Below are positions 19,286-29,101 of a stretch of DNA of 32,130 bases, in pieces; the stretch's first letter is position 1; each line of letters starts with the position of its first letter. Both the position numbers and the translations under genes were made by a program. Source of the DNA: an uncultured archaeon (lineage in GTDB: Archaea > Thermoproteota > Nitrososphaeria > Nitrososphaerales > Gagatemarchaeaceae); contig CAWFOU010000004.1 of the NCBI GenBank assembly GCA_963817525.1, forward strand, positions 1 through 32,130. Reading direction: 5' to 3'. The notes below the pieces were generated by a model. That model was not told the origin of the DNA. It worked only from the letters and a program-made list of their open reading frames with translations, and did no database searches.

Positions 19286-20904
19286 AGCTTGAACCCTTCG
19301 CGCATCTCCGCCTGCATAACGAGCCCGGTCTTCCCCAGGTCCTCGCGAGCGCGCTCAAAGATCTCGCTAGAGTGGGCCCTGTACTCCTCGAAGATGAGTG
19401 AGAGCTCCCTGAAGTTGCGTATCTCCCTCTGCTGCGCCCACCTGAGGACGATGCCCCTCCTCTCGATTTCTGACATCAAGTCCGGTATCGTAGTGCCGGT
19501 ATCTCTCGCTAGCCTCGCCAGCTTCACGCTTGTCTTCATCGGCGAAGCCAGCTGCTTGTCGCTGCCGGGGTCCCACTTGAACATGCGCACATAGCTGCCC
19601 ACGCTGACGACCTCGTCCACCGAGAGGACCCGCCTCATCGTCCTGAAGCCGCCGCCGGCAATGGGGATGGCTATCCTCCTTACGGTGAACACAAGGTCGA
19701 GGAACGGAATGAAAGACGGGGGAACGTCCATGGGCTTCGAGGTGAGGCGCTGGATGGCTGACGTGACGTCATCCGCGTGGAGAGTGCAGAGGCCTCCGTG
19801 CCCCGTGCTGATCGCCTGGAAGAGGACGTAGGCTTCTTCGCCCCTAACCTCTCCCACCACCAGGATGTCCGGCCTCATTCTCATGGTTGCCTTGACCAAC
19901 TGGAAGAGGCCGACCTCTCCGCTCGTGTCGTCCCCTGTACCGTAGCTCTCGCGGGAGAGTAGTGCGGACCAGTTCTGGTGGGCGATGTTAATCTCTTGGA
20001 CTTCCTCAATCGTGACGATCTTAGAGTTCATCCTCGTGAGTGTCAAGAGGGCGTTGAGCAGTGTCGTCTTCCCAGAGCCCGTGGACCCGGCGACGATGGC
20101 GGTCGCCCGGTTCTCCATCAGGAGCCACACGTAGGCCGCGAGGTTGTGGTCGATGACGTTCATATTCATCATATCGATGATGGTCAAAGGATCCTCACGG
20201 AACTTTCTGATGGTGAGCGTGCCGCCGTAGGGCGAGATCTCCCTCCTGTAGGTCGCGGCCAAGCGGTGCCTCCCCGGAAGCGTGCCCTGCACTATAGGGA
20301 AGGCGGTCGAGACGTGCTTTCCGGCCATGTGCGCGAGCCTGGCGATTGTGTTGTCCAGTTCCTCGTCGTGGAGGAAGTTCAGGTTGGTCTCTATGTTGTC
20401 GTATCTCCTGTGAAAGATGAAAAGCGGTTTGCCGACGCCGTCAACCGAGATGTCCTCAATCTGGGTATCCCGCATGACTCCGTCGATGACCCCGAAGCCT
20501 ACCAGGTCTCTTTCCGCAAAGTAATTGATCTTCGGCCAAGAGAGTTGAGACGCCTTTATCGAGTATTTGGTTACCAGCCGCTTGGCTTGCTCCAGGAAGT
20601 AGGCTCGCGGGTCAATCTCAGACCTAGGGACGGACAGCTCGCTTTCGAGCGTCTCGAGAAGGTAGGTGTAAATCGACGCTTCTCTTTGAGACAATACTAC
20701 CTCGTCGACGAAATATTTCTTTGTCCCGCTTCCGGGGTCTTCAGCGATTACGGCGTAAGCGAACGGGGCATTCAGTGGATATTTGTCAATGACCTTCCAG
20801 GACGGAGAGAGGGGGGCCCCTACGAATGGATAGCGAGTGACCGCTTTGGCCGACTTGGACCCGGGGGCATTCGGGCCTTTCTTTCCGAACGGCAGGTTAA
20901 CCAT
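19282..20904 (-). CDS. Type II/IV secretion ATPase (FlaI/TadA/VirB11 family), pilus assembly motor
   Basis: Walker A GSTGSGKTT, Asp box TIEEVQEI, Walker B MRPDILVVGEVRG, His box TGHGGLCTLH and TIRKF motif. Confidence 0.96.
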   Translation of the reverse strand: MVNLPFGKKGPNAPGSKSAKAVTRYPFVGAPLSPSWKVIDKYPLNAPFAYAVIAEDPGSGTKKYFVDEVVLSQREASIYTYLLETLESELSVPRSEIDPRAYFLEQAKRLVTKYSIKASQLSWPKINYFAERDLVGFGVIDGVMRDTQIEDISVDGVGKPLFIFHRRYDNIETNLNFLHDEELDNTIARLAHMAGKHVSTAFPIVQGTLPGRHRLAATYRREISPYGGTLTIRKFREDPLTIIDMMNMNVIDHNLAAYVWLLMENRATAIVAGSTGSGKTTLLNALLTLTRMNSKIVTIEEVQEINIAHQNWSALLSRESYGTGDDTSGEVGLFQLVKATMRMRPDILVVGEVRGEEAYVLFQAISTGHGGLCTLHADDVTSAIQRLTSKPMDVPPSFIPFLDLVFTVRRIAIPIAGGGFRTMRRVLSVDEVVSVGSYVRMFKWDPGSDKQLASPMKTSVKLARLARDTGTTIPDLMSEIERRGIVLRWAQQREIRNFRELSLIFEEYRAHSSEIFERAREDLGKTGLVMQAEMREGFKL

Positions 20905-21288
20905 AGAGCTGCACCCATACGCAGAGCCCTCTCAGGTAACTACTATCGAAAGCCAAAAGATTCCGCATCGTAGTGGTCAATTCAGCCCTCAAACTTTCGT
21001 TTTGCGCCCGTTTAGTCATAAATATCTTATGCATTAAGAATCCATCTCGCGAGATTTCTAACGTGCGTGAGGAGCTGAGCGACGCCCCGCGCGGTGAGTT
21101 GTAACTTTCGTTCTTCTTGCAACTCGAATCCGGAGACATCAGGCCCACGCCGGAACAATGTTGTGCGGTAGTGCCATAAATATGATATATAATAGATATA
21201 TATCCTCTGAATAAGCGCGACAGATGTCAAGAGTGTGCCTTGAGATAATGACAGAGCGATCAAACGCGACAGCGGACGATGGGGGATT

Positions 21289-21588
21289 TTGAGAAGGGCG
21301 CTCGTCACTCTCCCCGATGGGGTCTGGAAAGTGATCGACAAGGAATTGAAAGGAAACCTTGGCGACGGGGATTCAGAAATCATTCGCAACCTCGTCGTAG
21401 CGCATCTAACTGAGAAGGGATACCTCCTACCGTCAAAGGAAGAGGGAGATCAAATCCTGCACATCGCCGATGAGTTCAAGATGCTTGACACAATGATTAC
21501 TGCGCTGGTGGAGGTCATGGAGGACAAGGGTCAGATCAAGTACTCGGAATGGGAAGCAAGGCTAAGAATGAAGATTCACGAAAAGTAG
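21289..21588 (+). CDS. Ribbon-helix-helix (CopG-like) DNA-binding protein
   Basis: N-terminal strand RRALVTLP then helix-turn-helix ..DSEIIRNLV. Divergent from the ATPase, with an AT-rich tract at 21176-21202. Confidence 0.72.
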   Translation: MRRALVTLPDGVWKVIDKELKGNLGDGDSEIIRNLVVAHLTEKGYLLPSKEEGDQILHIADEFKMLDTMITALVEVMEDKGQIKYSEWEARLRMKIHEK

Positions 21589-21644
21589 ATTCATGGGCAT
21601 TGGAGCCTCGGTCGGCCTGAACGAAATCTCCGAGCCCACTCCAT

Positions 21645-22532
21645 TCAAGCCTCCATCCTTGGCATCTTGGGGGTCGGCGAGGCCCTGGCGTACATCACAG
21701 CCTCGGCGATCTCCTTTTCGATTGACTTCCTTAGCTTGGCCTTCGTGGCCTCGTCGATCCCGAGCCTCTTCTCCTCGTACAGTAGCGGGTCCCTCTTGGC
21801 CAGCAGGTCCAACTCAGCCTGGAATCTGACATCTCTCTGCCCCTGCTTGTGCCAAGAGAGGCGGGTCGTGTCGAGGATGAGGGCAACCGGCGAGGCGGTC
21901 GCCCTGACCTCTTCGATGGACGCGCGGGCGGCCTCTATGACCTCGTCGACCTTGTTCCCGTCAGCCTTCGAGGCAGGGATCCCAAAGGACTCGAAGCGCT
22001 TCTCGATGGGCGCGGGGAGATAGAACTCGGGCCTAATGTTTCCGGCGAGGTGGTTGTCCTCCACAATCACCAGGAGCGGAACCTTCCGGACGGCGGCAAG
22101 GTTCATGCCTTCGTGGAACTGGGCGTTGCTCGTCGCCGCGTCGCCGAGGAAAACCGCCACGATGGCGTCCTCCTTCTTGTAGTACTTCACGGCCCACGCA
22201 AGGCCCGCCGCGACGGACGCGCAGGTCCCCACGAGCTGGAAGGAGAACATGAAGCGGAGCTTGGGGTTTCGGATATGCATCTCTCCTGCGAGGCCCTTGT
22301 TGATGCCCGTGGCCTTGCCGAGTATCTCGGCCATGAACGGGTTCATCGGGAAGCCTCGGGCGATGGCGGGCGAGATCGTTCTGTGATGGGTGACTATGTA
22401 GTCGGTAGTCCTGAGCTCGGAGCATACCCCCACTGATATCGCCTCCTGTCCCTTTGAGAAGTGAAGGTCGGAGGCTTCGCCGGTCAGGCAGAGCCGTTGC
22501 AGCTCGTCCTCGACGAGCCTGATGGTCAGCAT
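21645..22532 (-). CDS. Thiamine-diphosphate-dependent dehydrogenase E1 alpha-like subunit
   Basis: MLTIRLVE, HFSKGQEA, GLAGEMH and TPP motif GDAATSNAQFHEGMNLAAV..P....EDN. The ORF-track extension to 22835 overlaps the beta gene, so the likely start is ATG 22532. Confidence 0.9.
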   Translation of the reverse strand: MLTIRLVEDELQRLCLTGEASDLHFSKGQEAISVGVCSELRTTDYIVTHHRTISPAIARGFPMNPFMAEILGKATGINKGLAGEMHIRNPKLRFMFSFQLVGTCASVAAGLAWAVKYYKKEDAIVAVFLGDAATSNAQFHEGMNLAAVRKVPLLVIVEDNHLAGNIRPEFYLPAPIEKRFESFGIPASKADGNKVDEVIEAARASIEEVRATASPVALILDTTRLSWHKQGQRDVRFQAELDLLAKRDPLLYEEKRLGIDEATKAKLRKSIEKEIAEAVMYARASPTPKMPRMEA

Positions 22533-22546
22533 CCTCCTGTATTGGT

Positions 22547-23544
22547 CTAATTGAGGCGTTCCTCTATCACCCTCTTGATCTTTTCTTCCGTGGGGATCAG
22601 TTCCTTGTGGAGGAACTGGCTGGCGGGTATCATTGCCATAGGAGCGCCCGTCCTGTGCGGCTTTGCCGTCATCTTGACGTCCGAGGACTCCGCGACCTCG
22701 GCCAGGATCTCGGCCCCTATCCCGGAGTGCGTGATGTCCGGTTCGATCACCAACAGCCTTCCTGTCTTGCGGACCGACCTGCGGATCGCGCCCATGTCGA
22801 GGGGATAGAGAGACCTCAGGTCGATGAGCTCGCACCTTCCAGGAGGACCGCCGGCCTCAATCACCTTTCTGGCCCGCTGCAGGGTCAGGGCGTAGGAGAC
22901 CACAGTCAGCCTGTCGCCTTTGTGGACAATGGATGCTTCGCCGAAGGGGATGCTCCTCTCCCGAGTCTTCGGCGTCCTCAGGGCGTGTGTCCGCATCGGC
23001 AATCATCCTATCCTCGAAGAAGAGCGTGACGCCTGGTTGCCTGAGCGCCGTCCTCATCAGCCCTCTCGCGTCTTTCGGGTTCGACGGGTAGATCACGTTA
23101 AGACCCGGGATGTGAGTGAAGAGAGACTCCAAGCGTTGCCCTGTCGTCAGCCCGAAGGTGATGTTCTCCGACCGGATTACTATCGTCTTCATCTCCTCAA
23201 CGGTCTCCGTGACGAAGTTGACTTTGGGTGCGGTGTTGCATATCCCGTCCATCGTCCTGAAAAGGAAGTCGCTCGTTATCACATCGACGACGGGCTTCAC
23301 GCCTATTAGCGAGGCGCCCACGGCAAAGTTGGTGTTCCCGTCTTCGGAGATCGGGAGGGTGATGATTCGTTCGGGGAATTCCTTCTCGATCGCCGGGGGA
23401 GTCAAAATGCATCTTCATGGAAGCGCCCTCCCCGAAGAGGTAGATCGAGGGGTCGGCCTTCATGCATTCGTATATGCCGAGCCCGATTGCGTCTCTGATG
23501 AGATGGTTCCTGTTGAGGGTGGGGTTCCAGGCCTTCGTGGTCAC
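22547..23544 (-). pseudogene. E1 beta/transketolase-like subunit, interrupted by two apparent frameshifts (~23395-23399, ~22960)
   Basis: Three consecutive frames give DPSIYLFGE, FPERIITLPISE..GASLIGVKPV..LFFEDR and IPFGEASIVHKGDRLTVVSY..ELIDLRSLYPLD..SVRKTGRLL. The GTG start overlaps the upstream TGA. May be intact in vivo. Confidence 0.85.
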
Positions 23545-23930
23545 TTCTTTGCCTCCTCCATGGAAGCGTGGACACGCGCCCGGTAGGGCGCGTAGTTCGT
23601 TGTCACGCATTCCCCGACCTTGGTTCCTATCTTCCAGTCCATCATCCAGCCGTCCTCCATTGCTAGGGCCATGTGGACCTCGCCAGCCTCGTTGTGCAGG
23701 GTCTCCCCGGGGCCGTGCTCGAATTCCTCCTCCTTCCCGTCAAGCGACTTTTTCCAATACTTCATCCGGCCGCTGAGCACCATGCTAGTCTCGGGTCGAT
23801 CGTGCGAGTGGCCTCCCCGCATGGCACCCTTCTTCGTGAAGATCAGAATCATCTCGGTGTTGTCGGGGAGCAGGACGCGGTAGCTAGCCCCGCGAGAGTC
23901 CTCGAAGATGGGTTCCAGCTTCAGGTCCAC
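23541..23930 (-). CDS. Cupin-fold protein (NDP-sugar isomerase/epimerase-like)
   Basis: FEDSRG, TKKGAMRGGHSH...E...VLSG and AGEVH motifs. GTG start at 23930 preferred over the ORF-track start at 24269. Confidence 0.8.
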   Translation of the reverse strand: MDLKLEPIFEDSRGASYRVLLPDNTEMILIFTKKGAMRGGHSHDRPETSMVLSGRMKYWKKSLDGKEEEFEHGPGETLHNEAGEVHMALAMEDGWMMDWKIGTKVGECVTTNYAPYRARVHASMEEAKK

Positions 23931-24121
23931 GGCATCTCTCCCTCGAGTGGCTTCGCCGCTGTCCGGACTTGCCCGACCAGGGGCGGGGATGCTCCCTGGA
24001 GACCGCCCGGGAGTCCCGCCGGAAGAGGTCCTCTTGCCGGATTGCTCACTATGGATACCTTTCCACCTGGAAGGACGGCCGCGGAGCCTCGAGGCAAGGG
24101 TGACGTTCGGGGCTCGTTCAC
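23921..24121 (-). CDS. Possible small Pro/Gly-rich hypothetical protein
   Basis: Fills the gap upstream of the cupin gene and its stop overlaps the cupin start; no recognisable motif. Confidence 0.2.
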   Translation of the reverse strand: MNEPRTSPLPRGSAAVLPGGKVSIVSNPARGPLPAGLPGGLQGASPPLVGQVRTAAKPLEGEMPWT

Positions 24122-24203
24122 CCTTCAATTTATCTTCTCGCAGTCCGGAAGGGCGGTCTAGGACGCCAGAATGCCGCGCTCTTTGTCCGGGGACTTTCGA
24201 TTC

Positions 24204-24629
24204 ATGCCCGTGGCCAGAAAGACAGTGAAGGCCGACCAGTGGCTCCCTGAGAAGTTCTACCAGGAGCATCTACTTCAGTTTCCGGTGGCTACGGTCGACA
24301 TGGTGGTGACTGACACCAACTCCAGATGTCTTCTCGTTCGCCGGAATGGGAACAACCTCAACTGGAAAGGAATCTGGGCGACCCCCGGCGGCAGGATCTG
24401 GAGGAACGAAGAGGCCACAGATTCCGCAAGGCGCGTGCTCCTTCGCGAGACCGGCCTTGATCTGACCCCTGGAAGGCTCTTTTTCTCCGGGTTCCACGAG
24501 ATTTTCACGGCGAAGGAGCACGGCGTTACCCTGATCTATACGGCGCAAACCGACCAGGCGAGAGTGAGGCCAGACAAGACGAGTTCTTCGGTGGCGTGGT
24601 TCTACGTTTCAAGCCTGCCCGGACGCTAA
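24204..24629 (+). CDS. Nudix hydrolase, GDP-mannose mannosyl hydrolase-like
   Basis: PVATVDMVV, LLVRR and modified Nudix box GIWATPGGRIWRNEE...ARRVLLRETGL. May extend to 24730 if one C is missing at 24618-24620. Confidence 0.8.
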   Translation: MPVARKTVKADQWLPEKFYQEHLLQFPVATVDMVVTDTNSRCLLVRRNGNNLNWKGIWATPGGRIWRNEEATDSARRVLLRETGLDLTPGRLFFSGFHEIFTAKEHGVTLIYTAQTDQARVRPDKTSSSVAWFYVSSLPGR

Positions 24630-24790
24630 ACATCGAGTACCTGACGCTCTTGCGAATAGGCGGCGTAGAGTCCGCTGTGAGAAGAGCGGTGAAAAGCGAG
24701 TGGAGACATGACATAGACTCTCCCCGCTAAGAAGCTCCCAAGGCCCCGCCCACCGATACGATTAACTGCCTACAGGAAAAGCAAGGGAGC

Positions 24791-25715
24791 ATGCGAACGC
24801 TTCCAGGCTCGACAATCCTGGTCACGGGAGCCTGCGGGTTCCTCGGAAGCCACCTGATTCCCAGGCTGCTTGACGAAGGGGCGGAGGTGGTCGGCCTGGA
24901 CTATGGTAAGGCACTCGACAATGGCGCCTCTGAAGAAAGTTCAATCAAAGATGACGCTCAGCGAAGCTGACATCTCGAACCACGCAGAAGTGAAGAAGCT
25001 CGAGCATCCCATAGATTTCGTAGTGCATCTGGCGGCGATCGCTGCCCCGCTCCAGTGCGAAGAGAATCCTTCCAAGGCCTTCGCCACGAACGTCTTAGGG
25101 ACCTTCAACCTCCTCAAGCTGGCGAACGAGAAGCGGGCGAAAAAGTTTCTCTTCAGCTCGACGGCGCACGTCTACGGGATCAGCCCAAAGTACATGCCCA
25201 CCGACGAGAGGCACCCCCTCGCGCTGCAAGACACGTACACCACCACGAAGATAATGGGCGAGAGCCTCTGCCAGCTCTTCTACAGCAACCACAACCTGGA
25301 ATACGTGGTGACGCGGCTGTTCAACTCCTACGGCCCGGGACAATCGACAGACTATTTCATACCCGCGATGATCTCGAAGGCGAAGACCGGATATATCGAG
25401 CTCAAGGGCAGGAACGTTACGAAGGACTTTGTCTTCGTCGACGACGTGGTAGACGCGTTCACAAAAGCCCTTGTTTCGGATTACGTCGGCGAGATGAACG
25501 TCGGGTCGGGGCAGCAGACCAAGCTCGAGTACGTGGCCCAGCACATCGCTCGGTCCATGAACGCTAAGCTCTCGTTCTCGGACGTAGAGACCAGCGGGCC
25601 TACCCACATGCAGTCCGACTCCACGAGGGCCTCCAGAATCCTCGGCTGGAAGGCGACGACCACCATAGAAAAGGGGTTGGACATCACTATAGCCCGTTCA
25701 AAGGTTGCGGGCTGA
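24791..25715 (+). CDS. NAD-dependent NDP-sugar epimerase/dehydratase (extended SDR); frameshift at ~24900-24925
   Basis: From ATG 24791 the frame reads ILVTGACGFLGSHL..RLLDEGAEVVGLD. The next frame has VVHLAA, FSSTAHVYG, YTTTK, RLFNSYGPGQ and KDFVFVDD. Confidence 0.88.
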
Positions 25716-25734
25716 GAAGCGATTTCTCTCCTCG

Positions 25735-26699
25735 TCACAACAGTCGGCTCTTGTACCAGGCCACAGTGTCTCTGATTCCCTCTCGGAGCAGCATCCTTGG
25801 AGAATATCCTAGCTGACCCATGCGCCTTCGAGATGTCCACCCTCCGAGTCCTCATGGAGACAGGCTTAGTAGGGTCGAACATTGATCTTTGCGGTGCTCC
25901 CAACTGCTTCCAAGACCATCCTTGCCAGCTCTCCCGTGTTGCATGAGACGCCGGACGCGATGTTCAGGGCGTCGCAGTTCGCATGACTCTCCACCGCGAG
26001 CAGCGCCCCTTGAGCAAGGTCGCTCGCGTGCAAAAAGTCCCTCACATCGCCGCCATCACCCCAAATCACGAATGGGTCGGCTCCAGAGACCGCCCTGGCA
26101 ATCATTGCCGGGATGACATGAGACGTCCCTTCGTCAAAGTCGTCGAACCTCCCATAAATCGCTGACGGCCTCACTATCGCGACCTGGAGGCCGTACTTTT
26201 CGGCGTAGAACTTGCAGAGCTTCTCCGAGAACCTCTTCACCCAGCCTGTCCCGTAGTACACCCCGGGGGGGTCGCCCGTCCACGCTTCCTCCTCCTTCAT
26301 CGGCAGGTCTGAAGGCGGATAGACCGTCGTGCTGCTCAGCAGGCAGAGTCGCTGAACCCTTCCCCTCGCGCACGCATCTACGACCTGGGTGGCAATTATC
26401 GCGTTCGGATAGACCTGGGCGGCCGGATCGGCCGTCGCAAATGGGATTCCTCCCGTCACGCCTCCGGCGTGAATCACTATCTCGGCGCCCTTAATTGCGC
26501 TCCGGGTCGACTCCGCGTCCATGAGGTCGGCCGTGACGAGCTCGCTCGCGAGCCTGGTGAACTCGGTGGGTGGTCTTCGATGGACCACCGCCCTGACATT
26601 GGCGCCCGCCTCGGAGAGGGCCTTCACGATGTATGACCCGCTCAAGCCCGTCGCGCCCGTGACGGCCACTAGTGTATCGCGGAAAAAATCTGAAGGCAA
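25735..26699 (-). CDS. GDP-L-fucose synthase-like NDP-sugar epimerase/reductase; two C-terminal frameshifts (~25883, ~25818)
   Basis: VTGATGLSGS, SSTTVYP, RPSAIYGRFDDF..TSHVIPAMI and WGDG.DVRDFLH. The repaired tail reads FDPTKP...RRVDISKA..QLGYSPR..LREGIRDTVAWY. Confidence 0.85.
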
Positions 26700-26732
26700 G
26701 CGCGCTCGCTTTGGGTCGCGGCCGCCTCATCC

Positions 26733-26747
26733 ATAATAAGTTATAAT
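26733..26747. promoter_or_regulatory. Putative bidirectional TATA region
   Basis: ATAATAAGTTATAAT centred between the divergent starts at 26699 and 26773. Confidence 0.5.
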
Positions 26748-26772
26748 CGGCACCCATCCCGTCCCGAGAGAG

Positions 26773-27755
26773 ATGAGGTCGGCGACAAGCACTCCCTTTT
26801 CTGCCTCGGCCCGATGGCGCTCCTTGGGTATGGATGACTTCGCGACGCTGTTCGGCACCACCCGGAGCGAGATGCCCGACTCGTGCACAAGGTTCGTCAA
26901 TGGAAACGACTTCAGATACAGGAAGCTCGCTGCGTGCGGAGCGCGACGCCGCAATACTCGCCGTAATAAGGCGAATCAGGTCCAAGGGGCCTCACCGTGG
27001 CCGGCGACAGCGGCGCGAAGGGCCGCTGGGAGAAGGGCTGGGGCGAGAACCTCTCCGAATTCGAGGACAGCGGGGGCAGCCTTGACGCGCTGACCCCGAA
27101 ATACATCAAGCCGAATCCGACCATAAGGCTGAATCAGAACTACGTGAAATCGTTCGACCCAAATTTCGAGCTCAACTGGTATAGGGTCTTCACCCACTGG
27201 TTGTTCCTAAAGTACTTCTCTGACGTCGACGTCATCTACGAATTTGGCTGCGGGTCAGGAATAAACATCGCCTTGCTCGCCCGCCTCTTCCCGAAGAAGA
27301 AGATCGTCGGCTTGGACTGGGCTACCTCGTCGAAGCGCATCATCGAGGAGCTCGCCGCACGCTACGGATGGAACGTCGAAGGCCAGACCTTCGATTTCTT
27401 CCATCCCGAGAAAAGCATCCGGCTCGCCCGACACAGCGCCGTCCTGACCGTCTGCGCCCTCGAGCAGACCGGCACCAGATACGGCCCATTTATGCGCTAT
27501 CTACTAGAATCCTCGCCTAGCATATGTGTCAACGTCGAGCCGATCTGCGAGTGGTACGACCCTGATAACCTCGTCGACTAGCTAGCGATAATGTTCCACA
27601 AGAGGAGGCGATACTTGGAGAACCTCCCGCAGTTCCTCCAGGACCTCCAATCAAGAGAAAAGGTCAAGATCCTCAAGGCGAAGAGGTCTTTCTTCGGAAG
27701 CCAGTTCATCGAGGGCTACTCGCAGACGATCTGGCAGCCTCTCCGGCGCCGCTAG
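26773..27755 (+). pseudogene. Class I SAM-dependent methyltransferase-like gene with two apparent frameshifts (~26932, 26986-26989) and an in-frame TAG (27579-27581)
   Basis: Motif I IYEFGCGSGINI, IVGLDW, FDFF and TVCALEQ. The same frame continues for 57 sense codons after the TAG (LAIMFHKRRRYL...IWQP). Confidence 0.72.
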
Positions 27756-27992
27756 GACGGACGGGCGAGTCTCAGAATCGGAAAGACGCTCATCGGGCAA
27801 CAGCGGGAGAGCCTTGGCGACCGCGAAGCAAGCGCCGTTTGATTTTTCTCCGCCGCAGGGCAACGGACTCAGAACTCATCGACGTGCGAAACATCCTCAA
27901 TGTGTCTCCGTCCCCTCAAAACGGCGATTGGGTTCAGTCTCAGGTACCTTTCGCAACAACGTCCAGCCTACCTGCGACGTGGTGGTTTAATG

Positions 27993-28841
27993 TCATTCAC
28001 GATAGAGGTATCCGCAACAGCTCTGCCCCCTCTCGTTGAGAGGAGAGAGAATCACCCCAGCGAGGAGCCTTCCCGTCGAAACCTTGGAGCTGCCGACCAA
28101 CTGCGCTTGTCGTTTCATCACCGAGAGGATCCTCTTCGAATAATATCCAATCCCTTCGAGGCTTGCTATCCTAGAAGTGATGTCAGGGTTTTCCCTCTTG
28201 ACTCGTCTTCTCTCCTCTCCACTCTTGAAAGAGAGGCTCTCCGGTCGGTATCGCCAGCATCCCAGAAGCGCGTCCACCTTTGCAAACTTGAAATGCCTTG
28301 ATGCCCTCAGATAAAACTCGTAGTCGCCCGCGAACTTCAAGTCGCCATACGGTCCGACCGAGTCGAGAACATTGCGTCGTAAGAAAGACCCCACATCGAA
28401 GAAGCAATTATACCTGAGATGGCGATTAATCAACTCTTCCGGAGGAGTAAAGTAGACCGTAGCCCACTTTCGCCCATATGGCTGGATTAGCCCGTCGCCA
28501 TACACCACGCCCGCGTCAGGCCTTTTCGAGAATCTGTCGACGACGTTCTTCACGGCCCCGGGCATGAGCAGGTCGTCGGACATGAGCCATCCAATGATGT
28601 CTCCCGAGCTGGCTCTAAGCGCCTTCTGGATGGCTTCGTGAGTCCCGCTGTCCTTCTCGGAAATCAATTTCACGTTGTAACCATGTTTGTGCGCGTCGAT
28701 TATCTCGAGGGTCCTGTCGGTGGACTGACCGTCAACTATGACATGCTCTAGCTCAGGAAATCCCTGATTTTTCACTGAATCCATACACTCGCCAATATAT
28801 CCTTCAGAATTCAGACAAACCGTCACCACTGACACCTTCAT
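27993..28841 (-). CDS. Glycosyltransferase family 2
   Basis: VSVVTVCLN, IVDGQSTDRT, SEKDSG, GDIIGWLMSDD and DYEFYLR. Confidence 0.92.
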   Translation of the reverse strand: MKVSVVTVCLNSEGYIGECMDSVKNQGFPELEHVIVDGQSTDRTLEIIDAHKHGYNVKLISEKDSGTHEAIQKALRASSGDIIGWLMSDDLLMPGAVKNVVDRFSKRPDAGVVYGDGLIQPYGRKWATVYFTPPEELINRHLRYNCFFDVGSFLRRNVLDSVGPYGDLKFAGDYEFYLRASRHFKFAKVDALLGCWRYRPESLSFKSGEERRRVKRENPDITSRIASLEGIGYYSKRILSVMKRQAQLVGSSKVSTGRLLAGVILSPLNERGQSCCGYLYRE

Positions 28842-29101
28842 TTAGCTATCTTTCTCCAAGCTTCTTGGTCAGCCCATTCCACGAGTAATATTAAGTGTGA
28901 TTTTCGCGCCCGAATCACAAATCCATACCCTGGTCGCTCTGCGGATTTGAATGCTGCGAACTGGAAACCCCGGATCCTTTGCATCTCTTGACTACCCCGC
29001 GCGCAGTCATTACTACTGAGGTGCACCATGGTCACAAGGTGACGCTCCTGGGCGGGGCAGCTCAGCCCGGAGCTACCCCGAGATGGACGAATGCCTCCTC
29101 C

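Noticed and set aside
12516-20904. Archaellum (fla/arl) operon
   Set aside because: No FlaH-like RecA-fold ATPase or archaellin with the usual GIGTLIVFIA-type N-terminus is present; the components fit a non-rotary type IV pilus.
20897-21389. ORFs 20897..21148 and 21027..21389
   Set aside because: They cross an AT-rich divergent promoter region or overlap the RHH gene, and have no motifs.
21595-21645. Hairpin terminator between convergent genes
   Set aside because: Only an imperfect stem (TGGAG/CTCGG ... CCGAG/CTCCA) without a T tract; too weak to call.
21645-23544. Housekeeping pyruvate dehydrogenase operon (pdhA/pdhB symbols)
   Set aside because: No E2/E3, beta precedes alpha and the context is sugar biosynthesis, so no symbol was assigned.
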